Source: Candidatus Altimarinota bacterium (lineage in GTDB: Bacteria; Patescibacteriota; Gracilibacteria; BD1-5; UBA2023). From it: a DNA stretch of 64,000 bases. Below are positions 46,596 to 56,444 of this stretch, piece by piece (position 1 is the first letter of the stretch; every line of letters starts with the position of its first letter). A program made the translations under genes and the position numbers. The stretch covers positions 9,475 through 73,474 of the forward strand of contig JAYVGV010000034.1 in assembly GCA_043771825.1 (NCBI GenBank), in the 5' to 3' direction. The notes under the pieces were generated by a model that was not told the origin of the DNA, ran no database searches, and saw nothing but the letters and a program-made list of their open reading frames with translations.

Positions 46596-46621
46596 AAAAA
46601 CCTCTCAATTGAGAGGTTTTT
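46596..46621. terminator. bidirectional intrinsic terminator
   Basis: aaaacctctc-aatt-gagaggtttt between convergent genes. Confidence 0.65.
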
Positions 46622-46623
46622 GA

Positions 46624-46842
46624 TTATTTTCCGAGTTCTTCTGTCTTTTTTTGACGAGCATAGAACTTGTCCATAGTACTAGTCTTAAGAAGAGTTTTCT
46701 TCCCTGTATAGAAGGGATGGCACTTCGAGCAGGTTTCTACACGGATTTCATCACCTTTTATAGTACTTCCTGTCTCGAATGTATGTCCACATGAACAGAT
46801 AGTTTTTACCATCTTCCATGCTGGATGGATATTTTTTTTCAT
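46624..46842 (-). CDS. rpmE: 50S ribosomal protein L31
   Basis: [27 protein letters not shown]...[12 protein letters not shown] start at the conserved Met, not the track's upstream TTG, which lies inside a tRNA. Confidence 0.9.
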   Translation of the reverse strand: MKKNIHPAWKMVKTICSCGHTFETGSTIKGDEIRVETCSKCHPFYTGKKTLLKTSTMDKFYARQKKTEELGK

Positions 46843-47010
46843 AAAAAATAGGGTTAAGAGTATATGCATATCGCTCATGCCACCGCAGTAGGAGATACGA
46901 AGTGCCTCTTGCTTTTTTTGTATCGGCAAAAAACAAAACCGAAGAGAGTATTTTCTCAGAGAAAAATAGAAATACATTTTTTCTTCTTCTCCAAAAATAT
47001 AATACCTACA

Positions 47011-47095
47011 TGGTGCCCAGGAAGAGACTTGAACTCTTACACCGTAAGGCAACGGCTTCTAAGACCGTCGTGTCTACCAATTCCACCACCTGGGC
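47011..47095 (-). tRNA. tRNA-Leu (anticodon UAG), class II
   Basis: Acceptor gcccagg/cctgggc, anticodon loop cuUAGaa, long variable arm, T-loop ttcaagt, encoded CCA. Confidence 0.82.
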
Positions 47096-47116
47096 GAAAA
47101 TATTATAGTCTTTTTA

Positions 47117-47201
47117 TGGTGGGCCGGGAGGGATTCGAACCCACGAAGGCGAAGCCAAAGGATTTACAGTCCTCCCCATTTGACCACTCTGGTACCGACC
47201 C
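47117..47201 (-). tRNA. tRNA-Tyr (anticodon GUA), class II
   Basis: Acceptor gggtcgg/ccggccc, anticodon loop cuGUAaa, long variable arm, T-loop ttcgaat, encoded CCA. Confidence 0.82.
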
Positions 47202-47285
47202 ATAAAAAAGAATTGAGAATTCTAGATTTTTTCGACATTGTTTTTTATCCAAAATCCAATATTCCAAATTCTAAACTCCTGAAAG

Positions 47286-47361
47286 TGGAGCCACCAATCA
47301 GACTTGAACTGATGACCGCCGGTTTACAAAACCGATGCTCTACCAACTGAGCTATGGTGGC
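47286..47361 (-). tRNA. tRNA-Thr (anticodon UGU)
   Basis: Acceptor gccacca/tggtggc, D-arm gctc/gagc, anticodon loop uuUGUaa, T-arm atcag-ttcaagt-ctgat, encoded CCA. Confidence 0.82.
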
Positions 47362-47495
47362 ACTCGGGCAGATTGTATAAAAAATGATTGTCTTGTCAAA
47401 AAATTTTTCTATAATATGCGGGGATCGCCGAGAAAATCTATTTCTCTTCCTACTTCAGTAGATCTGTGCCGATTTTTCATCTTCCCCTTCACACT

Positions 47496-47951
47496 ATGAT
47501 CACGATCCTTGCAGTTACTGATGGGTACAAACACTTCGATGAAAGCATAAAAGAATACGCAAAACGTATAGCGAAATTCGTGACGATAAAACGGATAAAG
47601 CCGATCTCGCATACAAACCCCGAATACATCAAAGTAAAAGAGACTCTTCTCATCATAGATGCCCTCAAAAAGATGAAATGAAGGGTCATACTCCTCGATG
47701 AGAGAGGAAAAGGTATGAAAACCAGTGAATTCCATGAAATGCTCGAAAATACGAAAAATCTCAGTGAAGAGTGTATTTTTATCATCGGGGGAAGCTATGG
47801 GGTGGATCTAGAAGTATTTGCCGATATCCCTCACATGACTTTTCGGATCTCTGACTTTATCATGCCGCACTCCCTCGCACTCCTCATCCTGCTAGAGCAG
47901 ATATACCGTGCATACGAGATCATGAAAGGAAGTGGATACCATCATGCATAA
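47496..47951 (+). CDS. rlmH: 23S rRNA (pseudouridine1915-N3)-methyltransferase RlmH
   Basis: SPOUT-family size and C-terminal motifs (FIIGGSYGVD...ISDFIMPHSLALLILLEQIYRAYEI). 151 aa from the ATG at 47496. Confidence 0.85.
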
Positions 47952-47956
47952 AAAAA

Positions 47957-48218
47957 CCCACGACTATGGGTATAGCGTGGATTCGAATTTGGATGCCTAT
48001 CACCACTCACTGTGAGATCTTAAAAAAAATGATCTCGGGAGGACGAAAGGTCAGGGGGGTTGGTACTCAACCAGAGCACGATATTGCTATCAAGCTGCCC
48101 GACTGACCTTTCGTATTAGATTTAAGAGGAATTACGAGCCTCTTTTTGCCCAGTGCTGGGCCCATATCCTATCTCTTTAGAGGAAGAAATACGATACGGG
48201 CCCTTCACCAGTGTTTTT
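47957..48218. ncRNA. unassigned structured RNA candidate
   Basis: There is no credible ORF here. Hairpins include a 12-bp stem acgaaaggtcag/ctgacctttcgt enclosing two sub-hairpins, one of which has a GCAA tetraloop on the minus strand. There is also an 11-bp stem gggcccgtatc/gatatgggccc. Hairpin plus T-run terminators face outward at both ends. Confidence 0.3.
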
Positions 48219-48720
48219 TTGCTCTTTATATTGGTATACAAGAATTTGCTCTTTTTGTATAGATATGGGAGAGTTTGTTTTGGTATTGGTAGCAGGAAGG
48301 TCCTTTGAGCAAGGTTTCCTATTATCGGTCAGTCAGGTCTTGTTAATGATCATTCTCTTTCGAGAAGACATAAGCAGTATATCATGTTCCCGAGAATCTT
48401 ACGAGATTCACTCTATTGTATTATGATGATTTATACGGATAATAATATTTTCTATCTGTGTTCTTGGCTTCCTCATGAGGAATGTTGACACTATAATTTT
48501 TCGATCACTTATTGAACCATTTTTGTATAAATAATGTGTATGTGAGCAGTATGTGTATACACGGTATGCTGATTCTCATGAGGCTACACGTCCTATCTTC
48601 ATGATATTTTTGTGAATATCTATCCTCTCCTCCTTCATGGGATAGAGAGTACACTATATGTTGTGTATGGATAGGATTTTCGTGAATCCTAGTGGTATAG
48701 TCACCTCCTATAGCCTCACT

Positions 48721-49413
48721 CTAAGCATGGAGAAGAGCAAAAGCTGTTACCACCCCAGCAGTCTCTGTACGCAGGATCCTTTCTCATAAACGTACAAATA
48801 AGAAACCATTATTATTCATTTTTTCTCGTTCTTCATCCGACCATCCCCCTTCTGGCCCTATCCAGATGCTGATATGTTCAGAAAATGGAAGTTCTGATAT
48901 TTTTGTGACTCTTCCTGTGGTATCGAGTGTCATATGGAGCGTATCTCCGCGTGGGAAGTCTGTCATATCGAGAAAGTGGAGCTCAGGGAGCGAGAGTCCC
49001 CCGCACTGCTCTACTGCCTCTCGAATGATCGCACTGAAACGCAGCTTCTTTGCTTCTGAGAGGAGAAGTTTCTGAGAATACTCTGATCGGAAAAATATGA
49101 ATTTCATAATTCCGACTTCGACTCCTTTCTGGAGGATATACTCGATTTTCTCGATCTTATTGGGAAGCGCCTGATAGAGAGTGATCCTTTTCATGGGTTC
49201 CACTTTTGGGAATTTTCGATCTTTTCCACGAAGGGAGAGAGATTTTTTCGTGATATTTATGATCTCATAGGTCGTCTCTGACCCATCTCCATCAAAGAGT
49301 ATGATCGAATCACCTGACTGTGATCGCATCACGCGTGTCACCTGATGGAGGATATCAGGGTCATTGATACAAAGATCAATAGTCAAGGGAGATGATACAA
49401 AAAATCGTTGCAT
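48721..49413 (-). CDS. rsmE: 16S rRNA (uracil1498-N3)-methyltransferase RsmE
   Basis: Track ORF 48784-49413 ends at a TGA. Reading through adds the conserved C-terminus L[G]ERILRTETAGVVTAFALL, ending at TAG 48721-48723. 230 aa. Confidence 0.88.
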
Positions 49414-49416
49414 AGA

Positions 49417-49950
49417 CTATTTCCGTTCTTGTATAAGCATATAAATATCTCTCGGGAGAAGGAGAGTATCGAGGATGATACGCCCGACGAGAAATAAAAG
49501 AAATATCGATCCCTGAGCAAATCCATAAGCAAATCCCGCAATATCGATGAGAGGATTATCTCCTATTCTTTGTTGATCGAAGTAGAGAGAGAGCTTGCTA
49601 TCTGAAAGAGGGAACGATCATAGAGGAAGAGTATATTCTGGAGTGATATGGTCATAGTATGAATCTGCTTCTTTTGTATCGAGCATTTTCAGAGCATCGT
49701 CATAGGTATCCATGGAGATCTGCCCACTTTCGAGAGCATTCTGTATATCCCCCTTGAGACTATTGAGTGATTGTCCTGTCTCTATTCGCCGTCTAAGTTC
49801 GAAGATATCGAGTTTTTTCTTCGAGTGTATTTTTTCTTTTCATTTTTCGAAATCCTCTTTTTTCTTCTCTATGACTACTGCTTCACTTTCTTTGCTTTCA
49901 CGGATGCGTTTACGACCTTCATCGAAGGCTCAGGGATTCTCTCATGGCAT
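49417..49950 (-). CDS. hypothetical protein with C-terminal TM helix (177 aa)
   Basis: ATG-initiated ORF under table 25, ending 3 nt before the rsmE start. Charged N-terminal half and a hydrophobic tail GSIFLLFLVGRIILDTLLL. Confidence 0.5.
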
Positions 49951-50120
49951 AGAGAAAGTATAGGGAAAAATGTGAATTTTTCAAACCTGAAAATATCATA
50001 AAAATTCTCAAAAACAAGAAGTTCAAGGAAGTAGAAAACTCTCTAGATGAGCTTACTCATTGCGTAAGTGACTCTAGAAAATTTTTGCAGTGACGATGAA
50101 ATTCGCAATTTTCAGAATTT

Positions 50121-51536
50121 TTACAAACCTTCCATTTCCATTCAGATAAGTATATTCATCTCCGCGGCATATTCGAGCGGGAGCTCCTTCATGAGCGGTG
50201 AGACGAATCCACGGACGATAAGCGTCTTCGCTTCATCTTCTGGGATACCGTGTGACTGGAGGTAGAAGAGGACATCTTCATTGATCTTTCCGACGCTTGC
50301 CTCATGTGCGACGAGTGCATCATCAGTCGCGACTCGTATATCAGGGATAGTATCGGAGCGAGACTCTCCATCGAGGATAAGCCCATCACAGTCGATCTTT
50401 GCGACAGCACCAGTAGCAGATTTCTTGATATCGAGAAGTCCCCGATAGGTCGAGATTCATCCTCTTTTTGAGAGACTCTTCGAGATGACTTCACTCGATG
50501 TATTTTTGCCTATGTGGATGATTTTTGCTCCTGTATCAGTATTTTGTCCAGCATTCGCAAAAGCAATACCAAAGTGAAGTGCCTTCGAGTTATCTCACTT
50601 CAGTATCGAGCAAGGATAGAGCATCGTGACTCATGAGCCGAGATTCCCTCCCACCCATTCGATCGATCCACCCTCTTCGACGATGGCACGCTTAGTGTTG
50701 AGATTATAGGTATCGACTGACCAATTCTCCACAGATGAATATCGCATTTTTGCATGTTTTCCGACATATATCTCGACACATCCGGCATGGAGACTCGAAG
50801 TTCCATATTTTGGAGCACTGCATCCCTCGATATAGTGAGCTTCAGCATCATCTTCTATGATGATAAGTGTATGTTCGAATTGCCCTCCTGCCTTCACATT
50901 CATGCGGAAATATGCCTGTAGTGGATCTGTGATCTTCACTCACTTCGGAATATAGAGAAATGTCCCTCCACTCCATACTGCACCATGAAGAGCTGCAAAC
51001 ATATGATCACTCATCGGAACAACTTTCATGAAGTGCCTTCGGACGATATCTTCATATTTATGGATCGCGACGGACATATCTTCGAATATGACTCCCTGAT
51101 CTTGGAGCTCCTGACGAAGACTATGATACACTACTTCACTATCGTACTGAGCACCTACTCCTGCGAGCATCTTTCTCTCTGCTTCAGGGATACCAAGTCG
51201 ATCGAAAGTCTTTTTGATCGCATCAGGAACATCGTCCCATGACTTAGAGTCTCCTCATCCTTCAGCCTTAGCAAAGTAATATATAGACTCCAGATCAAGT
51301 GCTTCAAGTGAGGGTCACCATGTCGGCTTGGTAAAGCTTCGATATTTTTCGAGAGATTTCAGACGATGATCGAGCATCCAAGTCGGTTCTTCATTCGAGA
51401 GAGAGATCTGCCTGACGACCGATTCATCGAGTCAGACCTTCGCCATCTGTGAATATACGATACTATCACTCCCATCGAGTGTCGCTCGGGAGATATCTCC
51501 GAAAGCTTGTATGTCGTCTTGGTTTTGTGGAGTCAT
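50121..51536 (-). CDS. sufB: Fe-S cluster assembly protein SufB
   Basis: Track ORFs 50631-50939 and 50940-51170 plus flanks lie in one frame. AHYIEGCSAPKY..., VLFYLQSHGIPEDEAKTLIVRGF. 471 aa. Confidence 0.92.
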
Positions 51537-51562
51537 AGTTTTGAATGAGTATTACAAGTTTT

Positions 51563-51599
51563 CTGTCATTGCGAGGAACGAAGTGACGTGGCAATCCAG
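51563..51599. repeat. short intergenic inverted-repeat element, copy 2
   Basis: ctgtcattgcgag-gaacgaagtgacgtg-gcaatccag in the 128-nt sufC-sufB spacer. Confidence 0.6.
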
Positions 51600-51664
51600 A
51601 GTTTATAGAAGTTCTTTTATTCTTTCAGTGAGATCAGTCCACTTACGAAGAAGAGAGAACTGGA

Positions 51665-52393
51665 CTAAAATCCCTTCTGTCTGATGACGTCTATGAGCTC
51701 TTGTCAGCCATGGCGATCTATTTGTCAAGACTTCATTATCAGCACTCTATCAACATTTATAGAATCAAGAAGGTGGAAATTATGAGAAATAATAATGACG
51801 AGCTTCGCCATACTTCGCCACTTTTCTATCTGTTTGGATAGTATATCAATAGCACCAATATCCAATCCTGAATCAATCTCATCGAGAAATATACACGAAG
51901 GATCAAGGAGTGCTATCTGGAGCATCTCTATACGTCGCTTCTCTCCTCAGGAGAATCCGACATAGAGATCTCTATCCAAGAATTTGGTATCGAGTCCATA
52001 TTCAGGAAGCATCTTTTCTACCATCCTCCGAAATATGAAAGGTGTCGGAGCTTTTGCTAGAGGATTCCTCAGAGCAAAGTGATGTGTATAGATGGTACGG
52101 AGGTATTCGAGGAGTCGTATGCCTGGGATCTCAGGAACATTCTGAAATGAGAGGAACATCCCTCTATTTGAGAGAATATCTGGTGAGAGATCTGATATAC
52201 TTTCCCCGCTGAGCATGAGTGATCCTACTACCTCATAGCGCGGATGATGAAAGAGGGCAAAAGCGAGAGAGGATTTCCCACTTCCATTCTCTCAGAGAAT
52301 GGCATAGATCGATCCTTTCTCAAAGGTATACGAGAGATCTCTAATAATCTCTTTTTCTCATACAGATACGGATATGTGGTCAAGTGATAGCAT
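51665..52393 (-). CDS. sufC: Fe-S cluster assembly ATPase SufC
   Basis: Walker A IL[G]ENGSGKSSL (TGA at 52292-52294), ABC signature FS[G]GEKRR and Walker B IFLDEIDSGLD. 242 aa. Confidence 0.92.
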
Positions 52394-52454
52394 GTGGACA
52401 TCATAGGCATCATATCTAAAAATGCAAGAAAAATTCTTTAGAAGGAGGACAAAT

Positions 52455-52652
52455 ATGATTGATTTGAACGGATATTTCACTATACTTTCATTGCTCCTTG
52501 CTTCCAGGAGGAGCAAGGGGTATTTATTACCTAATCCTTTTTCTTATGAAAAAGTTTGCCATAGAACTTCCATACTGGAAGCATCGTATGATACGGATAG
52601 AAGTATCTGATATCTATATGCGATTCGTGAAGCGGAGACGCTAGATCGATAA
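52455..52652 (+). CDS. possible small protein (65 aa) or small RNA
   Basis: ATG preceded by gaaggagga 5 nt upstream, one in-frame TGA, and a terminator immediately after the stop. No homology recognised. Confidence 0.3.
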
Positions 52653-52654
52653 AG

Positions 52655-52682
52655 AAAAATCCCCATTGTAGTGGGGATTTTT
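52655..52682. terminator. intrinsic terminator
   Basis: aaatcccc-attgtagt-ggggattt followed by tt. Confidence 0.55.
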
Positions 52683-52795
52683 CAAAGGGTATCTATCCTA
52701 TTTGCCATAGAAGATAATTTTAGTATATCCTATCTCTTTCGGAAATCAAATTTTTTTGTAAAAAGTATTCACTATCGTATGGTTCTCAAAACACC

Positions 52796-52824
52796 AAAAA
52801 TCCCCCCCGAAAATCGGGAGGGAT
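52796..52824 (-). terminator. intrinsic terminator of the S-layer gene
   Basis: The minus strand reads atccctcccg-atttt-cgggggggat followed by ttttt. Confidence 0.6.
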
Positions 52825-52850
52825 CGATGGAACAATTATCGTAGAAACGA

Positions 52851-55709
52851 TTATTGAGCTGATACATTAGAGTATTCCTCTGTTGTAGCACCATTGTAAG
52901 TAAGAGCGAGGACTTCACCGAGAAGATCTGTAGGATCGACGAAGTTTGAGTCTACGAGAATCTCATATGAGTATGAAGATCCATTCTTACTAATTGTAGG
53001 AGGGGTCACGAGCATGAGGTTCGCCGCGACACCTGGAACACTACCAGTACCAGTACTATCAGCTACTACAGGACAAGTAGATGCACTTGATCCTTCAGAG
53101 CGAAGACAGTAGACTGCTGTATAGGTAGAGTTGTTCACTGCTACTGGCTTGACACGGACCTTAAGAGCATTAAGGGTGATATCAGACTCAGAAGAGACAT
53201 TAGTCACCTTTACGAGGAAGACCTTTGCTGACTTCTTAGAGATAGAGACAGTAGGAGGGATCACACCGACGACGTAGTCAGTCGTAGATACTGAAGCAAG
53301 AGTTCCTGGAGCGAACGTAGCCGAGCTACCAGAAGCCTTATCGACAGTATTGAGAGTGACAGCAAGATCGATACGCTTACCGTGCTCTCCACTACCGAAT
53401 CCAGTAGTAGTAGCGACCACCTTGAAGTTACGAGTAGTATCCTTCATGACTTCAGCTGACATACTATCGAAGACGATAGAACCAGAGTTTACAGTCACAG
53501 TAGCAGAAACTTGAGAGTTAGTAGCGACATCGACGAGCTTGACACTGTTTGAAGAGATGATAGTCGTCCAGTCAGTCACACCACTCATAGAAGCAGCATT
53601 TGTGACGGTGAGCTTGCGAGCTGTGACATTCTCCGCCTCAGCACCTACACCGAATCTTCCGATTTCGATATCAGCACTAGAGTAGACTGTACGAGCAGAC
53701 ATAGGAGCGACAGTAGCGTTCTTGAGAACGACTGTACCATTCTTCACTGTCACCTTATCACCAGCTTGAGACTTAGTAACAGGTGAGACATTACCATTAG
53801 AAACGTTCTTGACTTGAGCGATAGAGAATGTTCCGACGTAATCCATAGGAACGTTTACTGCATTTGAACGAACATTTGCAACGACACGGATAGTCACAGG
53901 AACACCTGGCTCGACACGGAATCGGTCAGAAGTAGCAGACCAAGTACGATTAGCAGTACCGAGAGTAGTAGCGACGATCTCATAGTCTACACCATTGATA
54001 TATACCGTGACTTTATTGTCTGAGAAGTCAGCAAATCCACTTGCAGAACCTGTAGTAAGAGCGAATGTATAGTTTGATACATCGAATGAAGCATCAGACG
54101 TTACAGTAGCTTTGTAGAGATCTACTGAAGTACCAGGAGCGACAGTACGAGTACCTGTAGAGCTCTTAGTAATAGTAAGATCAACTGCGGAAAGAAAAAG
54201 TATAGCTGTAGGTGAAGGGTTTGCACCATTTACAGTCATAGCATATCCTGTAGTCTTCTCAGTACCAGAGACATCTGTACTTGCATCGACACGGAATGTC
54301 GTTTGAGAAGAAGCTCCTACGTAGACGATATCACTACGAAGTTCGATAGAAGCCTGCTCACCAGAGAGACGAGAGATATTAAGACCTGTTACCATGACTT
54401 TATCAGTCGTGACTGATACAGATCCGACCTTAGTACCGTTGAAGTACGCAGATACATTTGAGAGTACCTTTGTATAGTCTTCACCAGTTCCCTTTGTGAG
54501 GGTGAATCCAGCGATAGTACCTTCCTTTCCAGGAGTGAGCTTCACTGTAACAAAGAGTTGGTTTGACTTACCAGAAGTTACAGATGAAGTAGTGATACTA
54601 TCAAGTGTAAGAGATGCAACTGAGTAAGAAGTAGTGTTGAGAAGTCCGAGAGTCACTGGAGTTCCAGAGACAGTCGCACCATTAAGAGCATTTACTGTAG
54701 TAACTGCAAATTGGTGTTGGCTGTTTGAAGCACCATTGAGACTTACGAGGACATCGAGCATTACAGAAGTACCTGCCTTAAGGACAAGTGCGTTTGTAAG
54801 CTTGAGAGTAGCAGCCTGAGATGAAGTACTGAGAGTACGAGAGTCTGATACATTTGTACCATTCTGAGCAAGTACTACTGCAGAGATATCAGCGACTGGT
54901 CCAAGACCTGAACGAGTAACGACGACTGAAGAGACAGTCACATCAGCAGCACCAGCAGTGAGCTTCACTGTACCTATCTTCACTGAAGAAGCGTTCATAG
55001 GAACGTACTGAGCCATAGCCTGTCCTTCGAGAGCGACAGTGAGAGCACCAGCAACTACTACACCAGTACCAGTAGTACCAGTTCCAGTAGGAGGGACGAC
55101 TGGAGGAGGAGTAGGATCTACATCAAGACCAGCACATACGACAGCGACCTTGAATGCTTCACCACGAGTGGATGATGCATTTGGACGGAAGTACATATTA
55201 GAAGAGATACATCCGATCTCATTTGCACGGTTTACATATCCGCGAAGGTCACCAAGACCGTCGAGATCCATGTATCCAGCATCGACATCAGAACCAGTTT
55301 CACCAAGTGATCCGAGGATCATCTTGACCATTTCAGCACGAGTGATATTAGCAGAAGGACGGAAAGTCGCAGATGCTGTAGATACGACACCTGCATCAGC
55401 AAGAGCCTCTACATAACCACAAAGATCTCCGAGACGAGCGCCGACATCACTATAGACATCACCAGAACAAGCCGTAGCCTCGATACCACCGAGATTAGCG
55501 ACCACCTTTGCGATTTCCGCGCGGGTAATATTGTTGCCGAGACGGTATCCAGCTTCAGTAGTCTGAGCTGAGATAACGCTGTTATCAGCAAGAACTTCAG
55601 CATAGGTAAGAAACTCAGAAGCAGCAGAAACAAGTGAAGCACTTGTAGAAACTGCGACGAGAGTCGCTACACCCATAGCAGAAGTAAGCTTCGTAAGGAA
55701 GTTACTCAT
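52851..55709 (-). CDS. S-layer-type surface protein with three N-terminal SLH-like repeats
   Basis: Signal peptide MSNFLTKLTSAMGVATLVAVSTSASLVSAA. Three repeats end ...NITRAEIAKV / FRPSANITRAEMVKM / FRPNASSTRGEAFKV. A PTPPPVVPPTGTGTTGTG linker is followed by about 700 aa of Thr/Ser/Val-rich beta-type sequence. No in-frame TGA. Start set at Met 28 of the track ORF. Confidence 0.82.
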   Translation of the reverse strand: MSNFLTKLTSAMGVATLVAVSTSASLVSAASEFLTYAEVLADNSVISAQTTEAGYRLGNNITRAEIAKVVANLGGIEATACSGDVYSDVGARLGDLCGYVEALADAGVVSTASATFRPSANITRAEMVKMILGSLGETGSDVDAGYMDLDGLGDLRGYVNRANEIGCISSNMYFRPNASSTRGEAFKVAVVCAGLDVDPTPPPVVPPTGTGTTGTGVVVAGALTVALEGQAMAQYVPMNASSVKIGTVKLTAGAADVTVSSVVVTRSGLGPVADISAVVLAQNGTNVSDSRTLSTSSQAATLKLTNALVLKAGTSVMLDVLVSLNGASNSQHQFAVTTVNALNGATVSGTPVTLGLLNTTSYSVASLTLDSITTSSVTSGKSNQLFVTVKLTPGKEGTIAGFTLTKGTGEDYTKVLSNVSAYFNGTKVGSVSVTTDKVMVTGLNISRLSGEQASIELRSDIVYVGASSQTTFRVDASTDVSGTEKTTGYAMTVNGANPSPTAILFLSAVDLTITKSSTGTRTVAPGTSVDLYKATVTSDASFDVSNYTFALTTGSASGFADFSDNKVTVYINGVDYEIVATTLGTANRTWSATSDRFRVEPGVPVTIRVVANVRSNAVNVPMDYVGTFSIAQVKNVSNGNVSPVTKSQAGDKVTVKNGTVVLKNATVAPMSARTVYSSADIEIGRFGVGAEAENVTARKLTVTNAASMSGVTDWTTIISSNSVKLVDVATNSQVSATVTVNSGSIVFDSMSAEVMKDTTRNFKVVATTTGFGSGEHGKRIDLAVTLNTVDKASGSSATFAPGTLASVSTTDYVVGVIPPTVSISKKSAKVFLVKVTNVSSESDITLNALKVRVKPVAVNNSTYTAVYCLRSEGSSASTCPVVADSTGTGSVPGVAANLMLVTPPTISKNGSSYSYEILVDSNFVDPTDLLGEVLALTYNGATTEEYSNVSAQ

Positions 55710-55960
55710 AAATATATATGGGTAAAAAAGTAAAAAATGCGGATATCTCCGCGGGCGGGGACCATTTTGACGATCATGGTCAGTGATCATCGGGTGATAA
55801 CTTCTGGTCAGGAAGTTACCGCCTTTCTCACTTGCGTGAGAGAGGTTAAAGCTTTAACCTCAAGTTATTTGCATAACGAGAGGAAAGAGGGGGTGATAGA
55901 TCTAAAAATTAGATATTTAAAAAATGAATATTTCTAGAAAAATGTTTGGAATCATCGCAA
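55710..55960 (-). promoter_or_regulatory. long structured 5' leader of the S-layer gene
   Basis: Several strong hairpins on the minus strand: gaggttaa-agct-ttaacctc, tctcac-gcaa-gtgaga and gtaacttc...gaagttat. The promoter was not pinned down. Confidence 0.35.
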
Positions 55961-56444
55961 TGATTTCTTTGATTTGTAGAACTTTATATACGAATATAAA
56001 AATCACACTCTCTCTCCTCTCCTCATACAGTGATCTTAATAAGGTGACCAAAGCAATAGGAAAATGATGTTAAAGAACATCCGCAAAGACGATCGTCCTG
56101 CAAAATACACGAGTAATAATATGAAAACAAGGACTTAAAGTCAAATGAAAGTGCACCCTCTTCACGATATTTTCACAACAAAAAATACTCGTAAGAGGAT
56201 AAATACAATATGCAAGTATAAAGTTTTCTATTGTAGAAAAGGGAAATGAGGAAAATCGAGAAAAATAAATTCCTTTTTCACAAAAAACTCCTACAATGAG
56301 TCTGTCATTCGGAAAAAGCAGTATATATAGACCATCCCAGAGGAAAATACACACGAATCCCAACTATACACCCAAAAAATCATCGTCTCCTCATCGGGCT
56401 TCTCTCCGAATGCTGGTTTCTGTTCCTTCAATAACTTTAGATAT

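Noticed and set aside
47957-48218. Assignment of the structured region as tmRNA (GUGGAUUCGAA resembles the conserved 5' GGAUUCGAC), RNase P RNA (ggaggacgaaaggtcagg versus GAGGAAAGUCC; also gcaggaaggtcc at about 48293) or SRP RNA (GGUCAG plus a GNRA loop).
   Set aside because: I found no matching acceptor or T-arm, no tag ORF ending in an Ala-Ala-like sequence, no P4 partner (ACAGAA..GGCUUA) and no AGCA/GGAA symmetric-loop signature. The motif resemblances are short and could be chance.
48721-48790. ACAGAGA...GGUAACAG on the minus strand looked like RNase P P10-P12 sequence.
   Set aside because: It is the coding C-terminus of RsmE (L[G]ERILRTETAGVVTAF) once the TGA at 48784-48786 is read as Gly.
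56070-56363. Track ORFs 56070-56363 and 56291-56554 (minus strand) between the S-layer leader and rny.
   Set aside because: They have TTG or atypical starts, Phe/Cys/Ile-rich translations and no homology, and they overlap the rny promoter and N-terminus. They are more likely AT-rich noncoding sequence.
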